From: Squalus acanthias
Lineage: Eukaryota
Length of the DNA: 64,000 nt
Assembly (NCBI GenBank): GCA_030390025.1
Contig: CM059431.1
Location: 135,968,001-136,032,000 of the forward strand
Direction of reading: 5' to 3'
The notes under the pieces are model-generated. The model was not told the origin of the DNA. It saw only the letters and a list, made by a program, of their open reading frames with translations, and did not search any database. A program made the translations under genes and the position numbers. This document shows positions 61,626 through 64,000 of this stretch, in pieces (the stretch's first letter is position 1; every line of letters begins with the position of its first letter).

Positions 61626-62531
61626 TGTGTGACTGCGTGAGTGGGTGTGATTGTGTGACCGTGAGGCTGTGAGTGAGTGACTATGACTGAGTGAGCATGA
61701 CAGAGTGAGCGAGAGACTGCGATTGAGTGAGTGTGACTGAATGAGTATGACTGAGTGAGTGACTGAGTGACTGTGAGTGAAAGTGACTGAGTGAGTGAGT
61801 GCGAATGAGTGTGACTGAGTGAGTGTAAAGGCATGTGTGTGCCTGATTGTGTGCGACTGAGAGACTGAAAGAGTGAGTGTGACTTAGTGATGCGGCTGTG
61901 TGACTGAGTGTGACTGAGTGAGTGTGACTGATTGAGTGAGTGAGTGCGGCTGAGTGACTAAGTGAGTGTGACTGAGTGAGTGTGTTAGAGTGAGTGAGTC
62001 TGAGTGAGTGTGACTGATTGACTGAGTGCTTTTGACTGAGTAAGTGAGTGATTGTGACTGACTGAGTGAGTGAGAGTTAGTGTCTGTGACTGAGTGTTTG
62101 TGACTGAGTGACTGTGACTGAATGAGTGTAACTGAGTGAGTGACTGTGACTGAGTGAGTGTGACTGATTGAGTGACTGTGACTGAGTGAGTGTGACTCCA
62201 TGAGTGTGACTGAGTGATTGTCTGTGGCTGAATGACTGTGATGGTGTGAGTGTGCCTGAGTGAGTGAGTGTGACTGAGTGAGTGTGTCAGAGTGAGTGAG
62301 TCTGAATGAGTGTGACTGAGTGAGTGAATGTGACTGGCTGAGTGAGTGAGAGTAAGTGAGTGTGACTGAATGAGTGTTTGTGACTGAGTGACTGTGACTA
62401 AATGAGTGTGACTGAGTGAGTGAGTGTGACTGAATGAGTGTGACAGAGTGACTGAGTGAGTGTAAGTGAGTGAGTGTGACTGAGTGAATGTGACTCCATG
62501 ATTGTAACTGAGTGAGTGAGAGTGACTGAGT

Positions 62532-62754
62532 AGAATCATAGAATCCTAGAAAGTTACAGCACGGAAGGAAGCCATTTCAGCCCATCGTGTCCACGCCGGC
62601 CAACAAAGAGCTATCCAGCCTAATCCCACTTCCCAGCTCTTGGTCCATAGCCCTGCAGGTTAGAGCATCCCAAGTGCACATCCAAGTACTTTTTAAATGT
62701 GGTTAGGGTTCCTGCCTCTACCACCCTTTCAGGCAGTGCGTTCCAGACCCCCAC
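62532..62754 (-). mobile_element. CR1 3'-end fragment, same subfamily as 46843-47537
   Basis: Near-identical to 46843-47065. Confidence 0.9.
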
Positions 62755-63974
62755 TGTAAAGGAATGAGCCATATTTCAAAAAAATACACCATCCTATGAA
62801 CAGAATTCTAGCTTTATTAAAATATGACAAACTAGGGTTTATAAATCTAAAAGCCTCAACAACACAGGCTGCAAACAGAACACAGGCTTCTGAGATAAGA
62901 TCAGTTGTTAACAAAAGTTGTAAACACCATACAAGCTTTGAAATGGGAATTGATTGTAAATACTGAGACAATGGCCTCATTGAAACAGAGGGTTGTAGGT
63001 TCCAAGGAGTCTGCAGTTTGGAACCAACACATTAGCAATGCCCAAGTAAAGTGTTAAAAAATAACACTTCGAACAGGAACACAGAATATTAAAAAACCAT
63101 GTGCCTTTGATAAAAGTAACGTCAAATGAAACAGGATACACGATTATATATATAACCAACTAAGATGGCTAGGAAAACAAACACCCTGGTTGAAGTGGTT
63201 TTGATATACATATTGTAAAAGGTACACAACAGAACACTTTGAAAATATTACATCAATAGATGACACCAAGCAATCACATTGTGTTTGTATAGAAAATGGA
63301 ATAGTTAGGAGACACGACGTCTGCTAATAACCAGTTAAGCCAATATTAAGAATTGAATGGAAGACCTTCGATAAGAATGGCATCAAAGAGATAAATCTGT
63401 TGTAGCCATTTTATGATAGGTTTTGAAACACCTAAAGGTAGAGTCAGAAGTCTGAAAGTTAACAGCTAAATTGACAGTAAGAATAGAAAAACGTCAACAG
63501 AAAGGATGACCAGAGATAATTAGCTTACATCAGCAGAAAACTTCAAAGAATATACCACTAAAAAAAGGTATAAAAATAGAGCTTTTCAGATAGAAAGTCA
63601 GAAGTCGCTAGAAGGGCAAGCGATTCTCAACTTCAGAGGCAGGCTCTGTAAGTTTTTAACTCTTTGAGTCTCGGGGATCAAAAGGTACTTTTATTGGATT
63701 TTGGTGGATATTCTGGATTAAGAATAAGTAGAAGTGTGGAAATGTAACGAAGTTAAGATTTGAGAATAAGGATCTCTGATAAGAAATGTAAGCTATTTGT
63801 ATTTTGAACTGTTAAAGTTGCGATTGAATCAACAACTGTTAGCTGAATGTCGGTTCTGTAATAAATCTATATATTTTTTAGAATTGTCACAGAGTATTTC
63901 TGTATCAATCTCGTGAACTCAATCTCTGTACACTCTTTTGTGAGGAGTTGCAGAATTCTGGGGGGGGGTTTACG
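62755..63974 (+). mobile_element. Possible solo LTR or LTR-like insertion
   Basis: Begins TGTAAA exactly where the CR1 fragment stops; ends TTTACG (near TTTACA); AATAAA at ~63860; no TSD confirmed. Confidence 0.3.
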
Positions 63975-64000
63975 GACCCTCTTAATATCCAGAAGGTTGC

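Larger units (their letters stand above)
46448..62531. repeat. ~16-kb complex satellite derived from (TGAG)n/(TGAC)/(TG), interrupted by two CR1 insertions
   Basis: Continuous gagtgagtgtgact-type sequence with recurring landmark motifs; strongly G+T-rich on the + strand. Confidence 0.97.

Noticed and set aside
46445..62539. Many long Ser/His/Thr/Leu/Gln-rich ORFs on the minus strand (up to 398 aa)
   Set aside because: They are translations of the (CTCA/GTCA)n satellite, which is stop-poor on that strand; they are open in several frames at once and show no gene structure

Overview
Eukaryotic vertebrate genomic DNA. The CR1/L2/Penelope/Harbinger repeat landscape suggests a cartilaginous fish, which is an inference. 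The only host gene segment is the terminal coding exon of a heparan-sulfate 6-O-sulfotransferase, best matching HS6ST3 (25990-26698, +); the preceding ~26 kb is presumably its large intron. The rest is nested mobile DNA and repeats: many CR1 LINEs (one with an intact ~1000-codon ORF2 and a near-identical twin), a fragmented L2 LINE, two Penelope-like elements plus a mini hairpin derivative carrying minimal hammerhead-ribozyme motifs, Harbinger relics and MITEs, a TA-flanked pogo/Tigger-like MITE, an HNRNPDL-like retrocopy fragment, a 37-bp minisatellite and a ~16-kb (TGAG/TGAC)-derived satellite. Three observations stand out. (1) All four CR1 ORF1/ORF2 junctions carry the slippery heptamer T TTA AAC, in frame and directly before the ORF1 stop, with ORF2 in the -1 frame; in the intact copy there is no usable ATG, suggesting programmed -1 ribosomal frameshifting. 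(2) A multi-kb inversion between two inverted CR1 copies is revealed by an inverted target-site duplication. (3) Hammerhead-bearing, inverted-repeat Penelope elements lie in and near hs6st3. All calls are by eye; no database searches or alignments were run.
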